Source of the DNA: an uncultured Gemmatimonadales bacterium
GTDB taxonomy: Bacteria; Gemmatimonadota; Gemmatimonadetes; Longimicrobiales; RSA9
NCBI GenBank assembly: GCA_963798085.1
Contig: CAWCRS010000007.1
Span: 1,600,001 to 1,664,000, forward strand
Direction: 5' to 3'
Length of the DNA stretch: 64,000 nt
The position numbers and the translations under genes are program-made. The notes under the pieces were generated by a model, which worked only from the letters and a program-made list of their open reading frames with translations, did no database searches and was not told the DNA's origin. Positions 11,718-21,135 of this stretch are shown piece by piece (within the stretch, counting starts at the first letter, position 1; every line of letters starts with the position of its first letter).

Positions 11718-13003
11718 TGAGCCAACGCCAGCAGACGATCGCCGCTGATGCCAGCATCGAAGGTGTGGGCCTGCACACCGGCGAGGCAGTGCGCGTGCAC
11801 TTCTGCCCGGCTGCCGTGGATGCGGGCCTCCGCTTCCGGCGCGTCGACATCCCGGGCGAGCCTCAGGTAGGTGCGCAGCTGGACAACGTGGCCTCGACCG
11901 ACCGCGGCACAACGCTCTCAGCGGGGGAAGCGCGCGTGCAAACGGTGGAACACCTGCTGGCCGCGGTTTCTGCGCTCGATATCGACAACCTGCTGATCGA
12001 CGTGACAGGCCCTGAAGTGCCCATCCTGGATGGCAGCTTCCGCCCGTTCTTCGACGTTCTGCAGGAAGCGGGCATGCGCGAGCAGGAGCGGGCGGCGCGC
12101 GAGCTGGTGGTGGCCGAACCGGTCACTGCGGCGGCGGCGGGTGGTGCGTCCTACGTGGCGACGCCGGCGAAGGGCTACCGCGTATCCGCCACGATCGAAT
12201 TCGACCATCCGCTCATCCGGCGGCAGTTCGGCTCATTCGACGTGACTGCACAGGATTTCCAGACCGAACTGTCGGAGGCGCGAACATTCGGTTTCCGGCA
12301 GGAGGCGGAAGCGCTGCGCGCGCGCGGGCTGGCGCGCGGCGCCACGCTGGACAATGCCGTGATTCTGGATGAGAACGGCCTGGCATCGGGCGAGCTTCGC
12401 TTCCCCGACGAATTCGTACGCCACAAGATCGGCGACGTGGTCGGTGATCTGGCGCTGCTGGGCCGGCGCGTACGGGCGCACATTGTTGCGGACCGTCCGA
12501 GTCACGCCGGTAACATCGAGTTGGCGAAGCAGCTGGCGGCGCATGCGAACCGCAATGGCGCCGCCGCACCCATCATCAATGCGCAGCGCATCATGCAGCA
12601 CCTGCCGCACCGCTATCCGATGCTGCTCGTGGACCGGATCATCGAGTTCGAGCCGGGCAAGCGCATTGTCGGCATCAAGAACGTGACCATCAACGAACCG
12701 TTCTTCCAGGGGCACTATCCGGGGCATCCGGTCATGCCGGGTGTCCTCATCATCGAAGCAATGGCGCAGGTGGGCGGACTGCTGCTGCTGGACGCGGTCG
12801 AAAACCCGGAAGAGAAGGTCGTCTATTTCATGTCGCTGGACAACGTAAAGTGGCGGCGCCCCATCACACCGGGTGACCAGATCCGGTTCGAGCTGGAAAT
12901 GGTGCAGATGCGCACGCACGTGTGTCGCATGCGCGGGGTGGGACTGGTCGACGGACACGTGGCCGCGGAAGCCGAAATGATGGCGCGGATCGTGGACCGG
13001 TAG
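11717..13003 (+). CDS. lpxC-fabZ: Bifunctional LpxC deacetylase / FabZ dehydratase
   Basis: GVGLHTG, TVEHLL, ARTFGF, HKIGD (LpxC), then LPHRYPMLLVD, FFQGHYP, PGVLIIEAMAQ (FabZ) in one ORF. Confidence 0.96.
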   Translation: MSQRQQTIAADASIEGVGLHTGEAVRVHFCPAAVDAGLRFRRVDIPGEPQVGAQLDNVASTDRGTTLSAGEARVQTVEHLLAAVSALDIDNLLIDVTGPEVPILDGSFRPFFDVLQEAGMREQERAARELVVAEPVTAAAAGGASYVATPAKGYRVSATIEFDHPLIRRQFGSFDVTAQDFQTELSEARTFGFRQEAEALRARGLARGATLDNAVILDENGLASGELRFPDEFVRHKIGDVVGDLALLGRRVRAHIVADRPSHAGNIELAKQLAAHANRNGAAAPIINAQRIMQHLPHRYPMLLVDRIIEFEPGKRIVGIKNVTINEPFFQGHYPGHPVMPGVLIIEAMAQVGGLLLLDAVENPEEKVVYFMSLDNVKWRRPITPGDQIRFELEMVQMRTHVCRMRGVGLVDGHVAAEAEMMARIVDR

Positions 13004-13011
13004 GAGGCGGG

Positions 13012-13806
13012 ATGGCAGACAGCGGATCGACGATGGTGGAGGTACACGCAACCGCGGTGGTAGACGCGACCGCGGAGCTGGGGCCGGACGTCATCATCGG
13101 TCCCTATTGCGTGATCGGACCCGGTGTAGTGGTAGGCGAGGGGACGCGCCTGGGCGCGCACGTAGTGATCGAGCGCGACACGGTGATCGGCGAAAACTGC
13201 CAGATCCACGCGGGCGCAGTGCTGGGTGGTGATCCGCAGGACCTGAAGTACCGGGGCGAGCCCACGACGCTGGTGGTGGGCGCGCACACCGTGATCCGCG
13301 AATACGTGACGCTGAATCGCGGCACCAGCGCACGCGGCACGACGGAGATCGGCAGTGACTGCCTGATCATGGCGTATGCGCATGTGGCCCATGATTGCGT
13401 GATCGGCAATCACGCAGTGCTGGCGAATGCGGTGAACATGGGCGGGCACGTGACGGTCGAGGACTGGGCGATCGTGGGCGGGCTCACGGCCATCCATCAG
13501 TTCGCCCGAATCGGACGCCATTCGTTCGTGGGGGGAGCCGCAGCCGTGCGCAAGGATGTACCGCCTTTCGTGAAGGCTGCCGGCAATCCGCTGCGACTCT
13601 ACGGTCTCAACTCGGTCGGCCTGCAGCGGCGGGGTTTCCCGGAGAGCGTGCGCCGGGGCCTGCGGCAGGTGTACCGTCTGTTCTTCAAGTCCAATCTCAA
13701 CATCAGTCAGGCGCTGGAGCGGGCGCGGCAGGAAGTGGAGTCCTGTCCGGAGGTCACGCAGTTCCTGGAGTTCGTGGAGAGCAGCGGACGCGGCATCACG
13801 GTCTAG
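13012..13806 (+). CDS. lpxA: Acyl-ACP--UDP-N-acetylglucosamine acyltransferase
   Basis: Hexapeptide repeats, PQDLKY, HVAHDC, IHQF, GLNSVGL; GGAGG RBS before ATG 13012. Confidence 0.96.
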   Translation: MADSGSTMVEVHATAVVDATAELGPDVIIGPYCVIGPGVVVGEGTRLGAHVVIERDTVIGENCQIHAGAVLGGDPQDLKYRGEPTTLVVGAHTVIREYVTLNRGTSARGTTEIGSDCLIMAYAHVAHDCVIGNHAVLANAVNMGGHVTVEDWAIVGGLTAIHQFARIGRHSFVGGAAAVRKDVPPFVKAAGNPLRLYGLNSVGLQRRGFPESVRRGLRQVYRLFFKSNLNISQALERARQEVESCPEVTQFLEFVESSGRGITV

Positions 13807-13870
13807 CCGGCAGGACGTGACACGGGTCGGGAAGCCGACGGTCGCCCTGACAGCGGGTTAGGGAGAGGCA

Positions 13871-14869
13871 TTGGCAACGGACAGGGTACGCATGGGCGTC
13901 GTGGGCGTTGGGAGCCTGGGTTTTCACCACGCGCGTATCCTGAACGAGCTGGCCGGCGTCGAGCTGGCCGGCGTCTGGGATACGGATGCGCAGCGCCTGG
14001 CGGAAGTGCGGGACCAGCTGGAAGTGCGCGCCGCACGCTCGCTCGAGGATCTGCTGGACCGCAGCGATGCGTGCGTCATTGCGGTGCCCACCGAAGCGCA
14101 CGAAATCGTCACCCTCGCCGCGCTGGCAGCCGGCGCGCACGTGCTGGTGGAAAAGCCGATCGCGCCGACGCTGGATGCGGCCGACCGCATGGTCGCCGCG
14201 GCGAGGCGCGCAGACCGGCTGGTGCAGATCGGTCACGTCGAGCGATTCAATGGCGCGTTGCGCGCCTGCGAATCCTACCTGGAAGCGCCACTCTTTGTCG
14301 AAAGTCACCGACTCGCGCCATTCGGGCCGCGCGGCACGGACGTGGCCGTGGTGCTGGACCTCATGATCCACGATCTGGACCTGGTGCTCAGCCTGATGAA
14401 GCGCGAAGTCACGACGGTCGCGGCAGTGGGTGTGCCCGTGCTGACACACAGCCCCGACATCGCGAATGCGCGGCTGGAATTCGCGGGCGGCGGTGTGGCC
14501 AATCTGACGGCAAGCCGCGTCTCGCTGGAGCGGATGCGCAAGATCCGCTTCTTCCAGCGCTCGGGGTACATCAGCCTGGATCTGGCGGCGGGCACGGGTG
14601 AGTACCTGCGGCTGCGCGGGGGAGCCGTGTTCGAGCCGGGTGTCCCGCTGACGGCCGCGCGACTGGAAGACGTGATCGAGCGCATCTCGCTGCGCAGCGA
14701 TGGGGGAGAGCCGCTGCGCGCGGAGCTGGAAGGGTTCGTGGCCGCGGTAAAAGGGGAGAAGCCGGTTGCCGTCAGCGGCGAGGACGGCAGACGGGCCCTC
14801 GCCGTGGCGCTGGAGATTGTGCGCCGGATCGAGGCGAATGTCGCGCAGCGGGCGCCCCGCGATGCATAG
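13871..14869 (+). CDS. Gfo/Idh/MocA NAD-dependent oxidoreductase, GnnA-like
   Basis: GVGSLG Rossmann motif, VEKPI, GHVERFN, DLMIHDLD, LTASRVS; sits between lpxA and lpxB. Confidence 0.85.
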   Translation: MATDRVRMGVVGVGSLGFHHARILNELAGVELAGVWDTDAQRLAEVRDQLEVRAARSLEDLLDRSDACVIAVPTEAHEIVTLAALAAGAHVLVEKPIAPTLDAADRMVAAARRADRLVQIGHVERFNGALRACESYLEAPLFVESHRLAPFGPRGTDVAVVLDLMIHDLDLVLSLMKREVTTVAAVGVPVLTHSPDIANARLEFAGGGVANLTASRVSLERMRKIRFFQRSGYISLDLAAGTGEYLRLRGGAVFEPGVPLTAARLEDVIERISLRSDGGEPLRAELEGFVAAVKGEKPVAVSGEDGRRALAVALEIVRRIEANVAQRAPRDA

Positions 14870-14933
14870 GTTCGCCGTCAGCGCGCGCACCACACGAATT
14901 CCCGTCTGAGCGCGCTCTTCCAGGAGCCGACTG

Positions 14934-16073
14934 TTGGGTCCGCGAATCTTCCTGTCGGCAGGCGAGCCTTCAGGCGATCTGCACGGCGCCGCGGTCGCCA
15001 CGGCGCTTCGGCAGCGCTGGCCGGACGCACGGCTTTCCGGCCTCGGTGGCAACCGGATGCGCGACGCCGGGGTGGAGCTGCTGGCGCACGTGGACCAGCT
15101 GGCCGTGATGGGTTTCTCGGAGGTGGCCAGCCGGGCGCCCTACTTCTGGAAGCTGCTGCGGCGAGTACGCCGGGTGGTGCGCAGCGAGCGACCCGACCTG
15201 GTCCTGCCCATCGATTATCCAGGCTTCAATTTCGAGCTGTGCCGCATGGCGAAGAGCGTGGGCTCCCCAGTGCTCTACTACATCGCGCCGCAGGTCTGGG
15301 CATGGCGACGCCGCCGCGCGAAGACGCTCGCAGGCCTTGCGGACCGGCTGGCGGTGATCCTCCCCTTCGAGGAAGAGCTTTTTCGCGCGCACGGCGCACA
15401 CACGACGTTCGTGGGCCATCCGCTTCTGGATGTGGAGCCGGCAGCAAGGCCGCGCGACGATTTCTGCAGCCCACTCGGGCTGGATCCCGGGCGGCCCATT
15501 CTGGCACTGTTTCCGGGTTCGCGCGTGCAGGAAGTCACGCGCCACCTCGAGCTGTTCCTCGATGCGGCCCGCGAAGTGGCACTCGTGGTCCCCGGCGTGC
15601 AGGCGGCGCTGGCGGCAGGCGCGGGTCTGCCGGAAGCCCTGTTTGCGTCGTCGCCTGCACCACGGACAGCCGATGCATGGGAACTGCTGCACCACGCCGA
15701 TGCGGCCATCGTCAAGTCCGGCACGAGCACGCTGCAGGCGGCGCTCACGCGTACACCCATGGTGGTGGCGTACCGCATGAGCGGGCTCTCGTTCGCCCTG
15801 GCGAAGCGTCTGGTGCGCGTGCCGCACGTAGGGCTGGTGAACCTCGTGGCAGGCGACCGCATCGTGCCGGAGCTGATCCAGGACGAGGCCACGGCGGCGG
15901 CGCTGAGCGATGCCATTCTGCCATTCGTCGAGCCGGCACATCCCGCGAGGCAGCAAGCGATCGCGGACCTCGATCGGGTACGCGAACGACTGCACCTGGC
16001 GGGTCCGGGCACGGTAGCCCAACGGGTTGCCGGTCTGGCGGCAGAGCTGCTCGGGACCCATTCGCCGTCATGA
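14934..16073 (+). CDS. lpxB: Lipid-A-disaccharide synthase
   Basis: AGEPSGDLHG, IDYPGFN, PQVWAWR, FVGHPL, FPGSR, KSGTSTL. Confidence 0.96.
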   Translation: MGPRIFLSAGEPSGDLHGAAVATALRQRWPDARLSGLGGNRMRDAGVELLAHVDQLAVMGFSEVASRAPYFWKLLRRVRRVVRSERPDLVLPIDYPGFNFELCRMAKSVGSPVLYYIAPQVWAWRRRRAKTLAGLADRLAVILPFEEELFRAHGAHTTFVGHPLLDVEPAARPRDDFCSPLGLDPGRPILALFPGSRVQEVTRHLELFLDAAREVALVVPGVQAALAAGAGLPEALFASSPAPRTADAWELLHHADAAIVKSGTSTLQAALTRTPMVVAYRMSGLSFALAKRLVRVPHVGLVNLVAGDRIVPELIQDEATAAALSDAILPFVEPAHPARQQAIADLDRVRERLHLAGPGTVAQRVAGLAAELLGTHSPS

Positions 16074-16723
16074 GCGGCGAAGCATGGCGCACCGCTCTGG
16101 TGGGCACGCTGGGCGGTGGCACGATGAGCGCCATACTTCGAACCGTGCGCTTCACGACAGAAGGCAACGAGCATTACCAGGCCGAGTGGGATTCAGGGAG
16201 ACCCGTGGTGTTCATCCTGTGGCACGGCCGGCTGGTGCCGTTGAGCTGGTACCACCGCAGCTGGAAGCTGGTCACGCTGATCAGTCCGTCGCGCGACGGC
16301 GAGTACATCACACGTGTGGTTTCGCGCTGGGGTTACGACGTGGTGCGCGGATCGAGCAGCCGCGAAGGCGGTGCAGGGTTGCGCGGACTCGTGCGCGCGC
16401 TGCGCGCGGGCCGCTCGATCGCCGTGACACCGGACGGGCCCAAGGGGCCGCGCGAACGCGTCAAGCCGGGCGTGCTCATGGCGGCCCAGCTGAGCGGCCG
16501 CGCGATCCTCCCGGTGGGAGCGGCCGCGAACCGGGCCTGGTGGTTCGAGGGCTGGGACCGGTTCCTCATTCCGCAGCCCTTCTCCCGCATCCACATCGTG
16601 TACGGCGCACCCATCACGGTGCCACGCGGTGCGGGCGAAGCGGAACTGTCCGACTACACGCGTCAGGTGGAAGCCAGCATGGCGGCGATCACGGCGCAGG
16701 CGGAGGCGCATGTCCGCGGGTGA
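16070..16723 (+). CDS. DUF374 / lysophospholipid acyltransferase family protein (LpxJ-like)
   Basis: WHG, S.SRDGE, RGSSSR.G, TPDGPKGP, WDRF.IP.PFS; ATGA overlap with the lpxB stop. Confidence 0.85.
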   Translation: MSGEAWRTALVGTLGGGTMSAILRTVRFTTEGNEHYQAEWDSGRPVVFILWHGRLVPLSWYHRSWKLVTLISPSRDGEYITRVVSRWGYDVVRGSSSREGGAGLRGLVRALRAGRSIAVTPDGPKGPRERVKPGVLMAAQLSGRAILPVGAAANRAWWFEGWDRFLIPQPFSRIHIVYGAPITVPRGAGEAELSDYTRQVEASMAAITAQAEAHVRG

Positions 16724-17720
16724 CGCGACCATGCGGCAGCGCGTACAGAGCGCATGGTCCGGAGAGTCGGATTCGCCATGGTGGATGGGTCTGCTGACGC
16801 CGGCAGAAGCTGCGTTCCGGACTGCGGTCGCGATGCGCAGCTTCCTCTACGACAAGGACATGGGCCGCGTCACTTCGAGTGGTGTTCCAACCATCAGCGT
16901 GGGCAATCTGACGGTGGGCGGCACGGGCAAGACGCCCTTTGCGGGTTGGCTCATCGATGAATTGCTACGACGCAACGAGAGGCCGGCTCTGCTGCACGGC
17001 GGTTACGCCACGGATGAGCCGGCGCTGCACCGCGCGTGGCACCCGTCCGTGCCGGTGCTGGCGCAGCGCGACCGTGTGCGCGCGGCGCGACAGGCGGCGG
17101 CCGGCGGCGCCACGGTGCTGGTACTGGATGACGGCTTCCAGCATAGACGACTGAAGCGCGATCTGGATGTGGTCCTGGTAGCGGCCGAGACCTGGCAGGA
17201 ATCGCCACGACTGCTGCCGCGCGGGCCATGGCGGGAGCCGCCGCGCGCACTCGCGAGGGCCGACATCGTGGCAGTGACACGACGGACCGCGAGCCTGGCA
17301 CAGGCGGCGTCGGTGGCGGCGCGCGTCGAGCCTTGGAGCGGCGGGCGGCCGACGGCGGTGGTGCTGCTCGAGGCGCGGCGCTGGCGGCACGCAGGTGAAG
17401 AAACCGGGCCGCCACCGGGCACCGCGTTCGCGGTGGCAGCGATCGCGCAGCCGGGCGCGTTCGCCGCCAATGCGGAGGCCGCGGGCGCGCGCATCGCAGG
17501 CCTGCGCTGGTACCCGGACCATCACGCGTACGACGTGGACGACGCCGGTCGCCTGCTCCAGCAAGCTGGCGGGCGACCCATCATGACGACAGCCAAGGAC
17601 GCCGTGAAGCTGGCCGAGCTGATCCCGCCGGAGCGCCTGTGGGTGCTGGAGCAGGAGGTGCGCGTGGAAGCGGGTAGTGAGGCGCTGCAGGCGGCGCTGG
17701 ACCGAGTGCTGCTCGCGTGA
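16710..17720 (+). CDS. lpxK: Tetraacyldisaccharide 4'-kinase
   Basis: SVGNLTVGGTGKTP, DEP, LDDGFQH, LLPRGPWRE, PDHH, TTAKDAVK. Confidence 0.95.
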   Translation: MSAGDATMRQRVQSAWSGESDSPWWMGLLTPAEAAFRTAVAMRSFLYDKDMGRVTSSGVPTISVGNLTVGGTGKTPFAGWLIDELLRRNERPALLHGGYATDEPALHRAWHPSVPVLAQRDRVRAARQAAAGGATVLVLDDGFQHRRLKRDLDVVLVAAETWQESPRLLPRGPWREPPRALARADIVAVTRRTASLAQAASVAARVEPWSGGRPTAVVLLEARRWRHAGEETGPPPGTAFAVAAIAQPGAFAANAEAAGARIAGLRWYPDHHAYDVDDAGRLLQQAGGRPIMTTAKDAVKLAELIPPERLWVLEQEVRVEAGSEALQAALDRVLLA

Positions 17721-19345
17721 AGCAGGTCTCTGCTGACACCGTGGTTATCGGCAGCGGGATTGCCGGGCTGACGTACGCGCTGAAGGCTGCGCGTCTGGGC
17801 AGTGTCGCGATCGTGACCAAGAAACAGCGAGCGGACTCTAACACGAATTACGCGCAGGGCGGCGTAGCGGCAGTGTTCGATCCTGGCGATTCCACGGTCC
17901 TGCACGCGCGCGACACACTGGTCGCAGGGTGCGGCCTCTGCCACTCGCAGGCGGTGCGCGCGCTGGTGCGCGACGGGCCGCAGCGCGTGCGCGAGCTGGC
18001 CGACCTCGGGGTGGCGTTCACGCGTGCCGGCGAGGCGTTCTCGCTGGGCCGGGAAGGTGGACACACGCGCCGGCGCATCGTGCACGCAGGCGACCTGACG
18101 GGCCGCGAGATCGAGCGCGCGCTGCTGCAGGCGCTCTCGGAGCAGCCCGCGGTGGCCATGTACGAGGACCACATGGCCATCGATCTGGTGGTAGGCCACG
18201 AACAGGTTTCCGGGCGACGACGCTGCGCCGGGTTGCTCGCGCTCGACCATCGTCATGGTGAGTTCGTCGCGTTTCAGGCGGCGGTGGTCATGATCGCGTC
18301 GGGCGGGATGGGGCAGGTCTACCTGCACACTACGAACCCGGACATTGCGACAGGGGATGGTGTGGCCATGGCGAAGCGCGCGGGCGCGGCCGTGGCCAAC
18401 CTCGAGTTCGTGCAGTTCCACCCGACCGCGCTGTATCCGGCAGGCGAACGGGCGTTCCTGATCAGCGAAGCCGTGCGCGGCGAGGGCGCGATTCTGCGGC
18501 GCATCGATGGCTCGCCCCTGATGGAGGGCGTGCACCCGCTGGGCTCACTGGCGCCGCGCAATGTGGTGGCGCGCGCCATCGATCTGGAACTCAAGAACTC
18601 GGGCGCGGAATGGGTGCTGCTCGATCTCTCGAGCATAACACGCGATGCCCTGGAGCGGCGCTTCCCCGGCATTGCAGCGGAATGCGAACAGCGCGGTTTT
18701 CGTCTGCCGGCGGATCCTCTGCCGGTCGTGCCCGCCGCGCATTACGCCTGCGGCGGCATCCTTACGGATGCAGCGGGCCGCACATCGATCGCCGGTCTGT
18801 ATGCGACGGGCGAGGCTGCCTGTACTGGCGTGCATGGTGCCAATCGCCTAGCATCCAACTCGTTGCTGGAAGCGGTGGTGTACAGCCATCGGGCGGCGCT
18901 GGAACTGCCCTCGGAGCTGGCGCGCGGTGCGCTGCGGCCGGTGTCCGCGAGTTTCGAAATGCCGGTCACACGCGCGGATGTTGCGGCCCCGCAGAAGGAA
19001 GTCGGCGGCAGTGCGCGCTTTGAGGCGCAGTCGGGCGGACCGCTGCGGGACGCGATCCGGCGGGTGATGTGGGAAGATGCGGGCATTGTGCGCAGCTCGG
19101 CTCGCCTGGCCGAAGCGACGCGGGAAATCGACCGCATCCGCAGCCGCTTCGTCGCCCGTTTCGAAAACGGCTGGCTGGATAGCGATGCAATCGAAGTACG
19201 CAATCTGCTGGACACCGCCGCGCTGATCCTGACGTGTGCGCGGCGCAGGCGGGAGAGTCGCGGGCTGCATCACAACCTGGATCATCCGTACCGGGACAAC
19301 GAGAAGCAGCTGCGCGACACGATCCTGGCCGGTGACGAACGATAA
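17717..19345 (+). CDS. nadB: L-aspartate oxidase
   Basis: GSGIAGL, YAQGG, EGGH..RRIVH, QFHPT, SEAVRGEG, HGANRLASNSLLE, RESRGLH. Confidence 0.95.
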   Translation: MKQVSADTVVIGSGIAGLTYALKAARLGSVAIVTKKQRADSNTNYAQGGVAAVFDPGDSTVLHARDTLVAGCGLCHSQAVRALVRDGPQRVRELADLGVAFTRAGEAFSLGREGGHTRRRIVHAGDLTGREIERALLQALSEQPAVAMYEDHMAIDLVVGHEQVSGRRRCAGLLALDHRHGEFVAFQAAVVMIASGGMGQVYLHTTNPDIATGDGVAMAKRAGAAVANLEFVQFHPTALYPAGERAFLISEAVRGEGAILRRIDGSPLMEGVHPLGSLAPRNVVARAIDLELKNSGAEWVLLDLSSITRDALERRFPGIAAECEQRGFRLPADPLPVVPAAHYACGGILTDAAGRTSIAGLYATGEAACTGVHGANRLASNSLLEAVVYSHRAALELPSELARGALRPVSASFEMPVTRADVAAPQKEVGGSARFEAQSGGPLRDAIRRVMWEDAGIVRSSARLAEATREIDRIRSRFVARFENGWLDSDAIEVRNLLDTAALILTCARRRRESRGLHHNLDHPYRDNEKQLRDTILAGDER

Positions 19346-19357
19346 CTTCAGGAGACC

Positions 19358-20647
19358 ATGCATACGGTTCACGTGCCGCTCCGCGAGTACGGCCCGGTAC
19401 TCGACGAGAACAATCCGTTCGAGGGCATGATGCAGCGATTCGATCACGCTGCGGAACTTCTCTCCCTCGATCCCGGCCTCTACAAGATCCTGCGCAATCC
19501 CGAGAAACAGATCATTACCACGATCCCGGTCATGATGGACAATGGCGAGGTCGAGGTATTCAAGGGATACCGCGTGCTGTACAACACGTCGCGCGGGCCG
19601 GCCAAGGGCGGCATCCGCTTCGATACCAGTGTCAACCTCGATGAGGTGACGGCGCTGGCCGCGTGGATGACGTGGAAATGCGCAGTGGTCGACATCCCGT
19701 TCGGCGGCGCCAAGGGCGGGGTGGCGTGCGAGCCGCTGCGGCTCTCGAACGCGGAGCTGGAGCGGCTGACACGGCGTTATACCGCGTCCATCCTCGAGAT
19801 CCTGGGCCCCGAGTCCGATGTGCCGGCGCCGGATGTGAACACGAACGAGCAGGTGATGGCCTGGATCATGGACACCTACTCGATGCACAAGCGGCACACG
19901 GTGACGGCGGTGGTGACGGGAAAGCCGATCGCGATCGGCGGCTCGCGGGGCCGGCGGGAGGCGACCGGGCGGGGCGTGATGATCGTGGTGCAGGAAGCCC
20001 TGGGGATGCTGGAGCGGCCGCTGCGCGGCAGTCGCGTGGTGGTACAGGGATTCGGCAACGTGGGCTCGATTGCGGCGCAGCTGCTGGAAGAGCAGGGCAT
20101 GAGGGTGGTGGGCATCAGCGACAAGACAGGCGGGATCTACAACGCGGGCGGCATCCCGGTGCTGGACGCGATCGAATACTGCAGGAAGAACCGCTTCCTG
20201 GAAGGCTTTGCCGCCGGTGATGCGCTGAGCAACGAGCAAATCCTGGAATTGGACACGGACGTGCTGGTGCCGGCGGCACTGGAGAACGTGATCACGCGCA
20301 AGAACGCACCGGACATCAGGGCGAGCGTGATCGTGGAGGGGGCGAACGGCCCGGTGACGGCGCCGGCGGACGCGATCCTCGATGCCAAGGGCATCTTCGT
20401 GGTGCCCGACATCCTGGCCAATGCCGGCGGTGTCACGGTCAGCTACTTCGAGTGGGTGCAGAACCGCGAAGGCTACTACTGGAACGAAAAGACCGTGAAC
20501 GAGCGTTTGCATGAAGTCATGGTCCGCTCCTTCCACGAAGTGGTGCGTTACTCGAAGGAGCACAACGTCAATCTGCGCACCGCGGCGTACATGCTGTCCA
20601 TCGATCGGGTGGCGGCGGTGCACCGCATACGCGGAATCTACGCATAG
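19358..20647 (+). CDS. gdhA: Glutamate dehydrogenase (Glu/Leu/Phe/Val family)
   Basis: [54 protein letters not shown]. Confidence 0.93.
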   Translation: MHTVHVPLREYGPVLDENNPFEGMMQRFDHAAELLSLDPGLYKILRNPEKQIITTIPVMMDNGEVEVFKGYRVLYNTSRGPAKGGIRFDTSVNLDEVTALAAWMTWKCAVVDIPFGGAKGGVACEPLRLSNAELERLTRRYTASILEILGPESDVPAPDVNTNEQVMAWIMDTYSMHKRHTVTAVVTGKPIAIGGSRGRREATGRGVMIVVQEALGMLERPLRGSRVVVQGFGNVGSIAAQLLEEQGMRVVGISDKTGGIYNAGGIPVLDAIEYCRKNRFLEGFAAGDALSNEQILELDTDVLVPAALENVITRKNAPDIRASVIVEGANGPVTAPADAILDAKGIFVVPDILANAGGVTVSYFEWVQNREGYYWNEKTVNERLHEVMVRSFHEVVRYSKEHNVNLRTAAYMLSIDRVAAVHRIRGIYA

Positions 20648-20655
20648 GAACCGAC

Positions 20656-21135
20656 GTGAAGCTGGTGGTGATCGCGGTGGGCAAACCGGGCACGCTGCTG
20701 CGTGATGCGATCCGGGAATACGAGACGCGTGCGGCACGCTACTGGCCGCTGGAGTGCGTCGAAGTCAAACAGACGAAGGCGACGAAGGGCGGCGCGCTGG
20801 TCAAGCGGGAAGAATCGGAGCGCGTGCTGGAACGGGTCCCGGCGGGGGCTGAGGTTTTCGCACTGACGCGGACAGGCGATGCCTGGGGCTCGGAGCGGCT
20901 GGCGCGTTACCTGCGCGAACAGGGCAACGGCGGACGCGGTGACGTGGCGTTCCTGATCGGCGGTGCCTACGGGCTCTCCGACGAAGCGTTGCTGCAGGCG
21001 GACCGGCGCATGCGTCTCTCGACGTTCACACTGCCGCACGATGTGGCGAGGCTGGTGCTGGTGGAGCAGCTGTACCGGGCGGGCACGATCGCGCGCGGCG
21101 AGCCGTACCATAAGGGCGGCAAGGGCGACGCGTGA
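20656..21135 (+). CDS. rlmH: 23S rRNA (pseudouridine1915-N3)-methyltransferase
   Basis: IAVGK, FLIGGAYG, TLPH..ARLVLVEQLYRA, PYHK (SPOUT fold). Confidence 0.95.
   Translation: MKLVVIAVGKPGTLLRDAIREYETRAARYWPLECVEVKQTKATKGGALVKREESERVLERVPAGAEVFALTRTGDAWGSERLARYLREQGNGGRGDVAFLIGGAYGLSDEALLQADRRMRLSTFTLPHDVARLVLVEQLYRAGTIARGEPYHKGGKGDA

Noticed and set aside
11717..13003. LpxC-FabZ fusion as a novelty
   Set aside because: A known fusion in Bacteroidota, Chlorobiota and related lineages.
18848..20737. 629-aa minus-strand ORF
   Set aside because: Antisense shadow of gdhA/nadB, expected from high-GC codon bias; no motifs.
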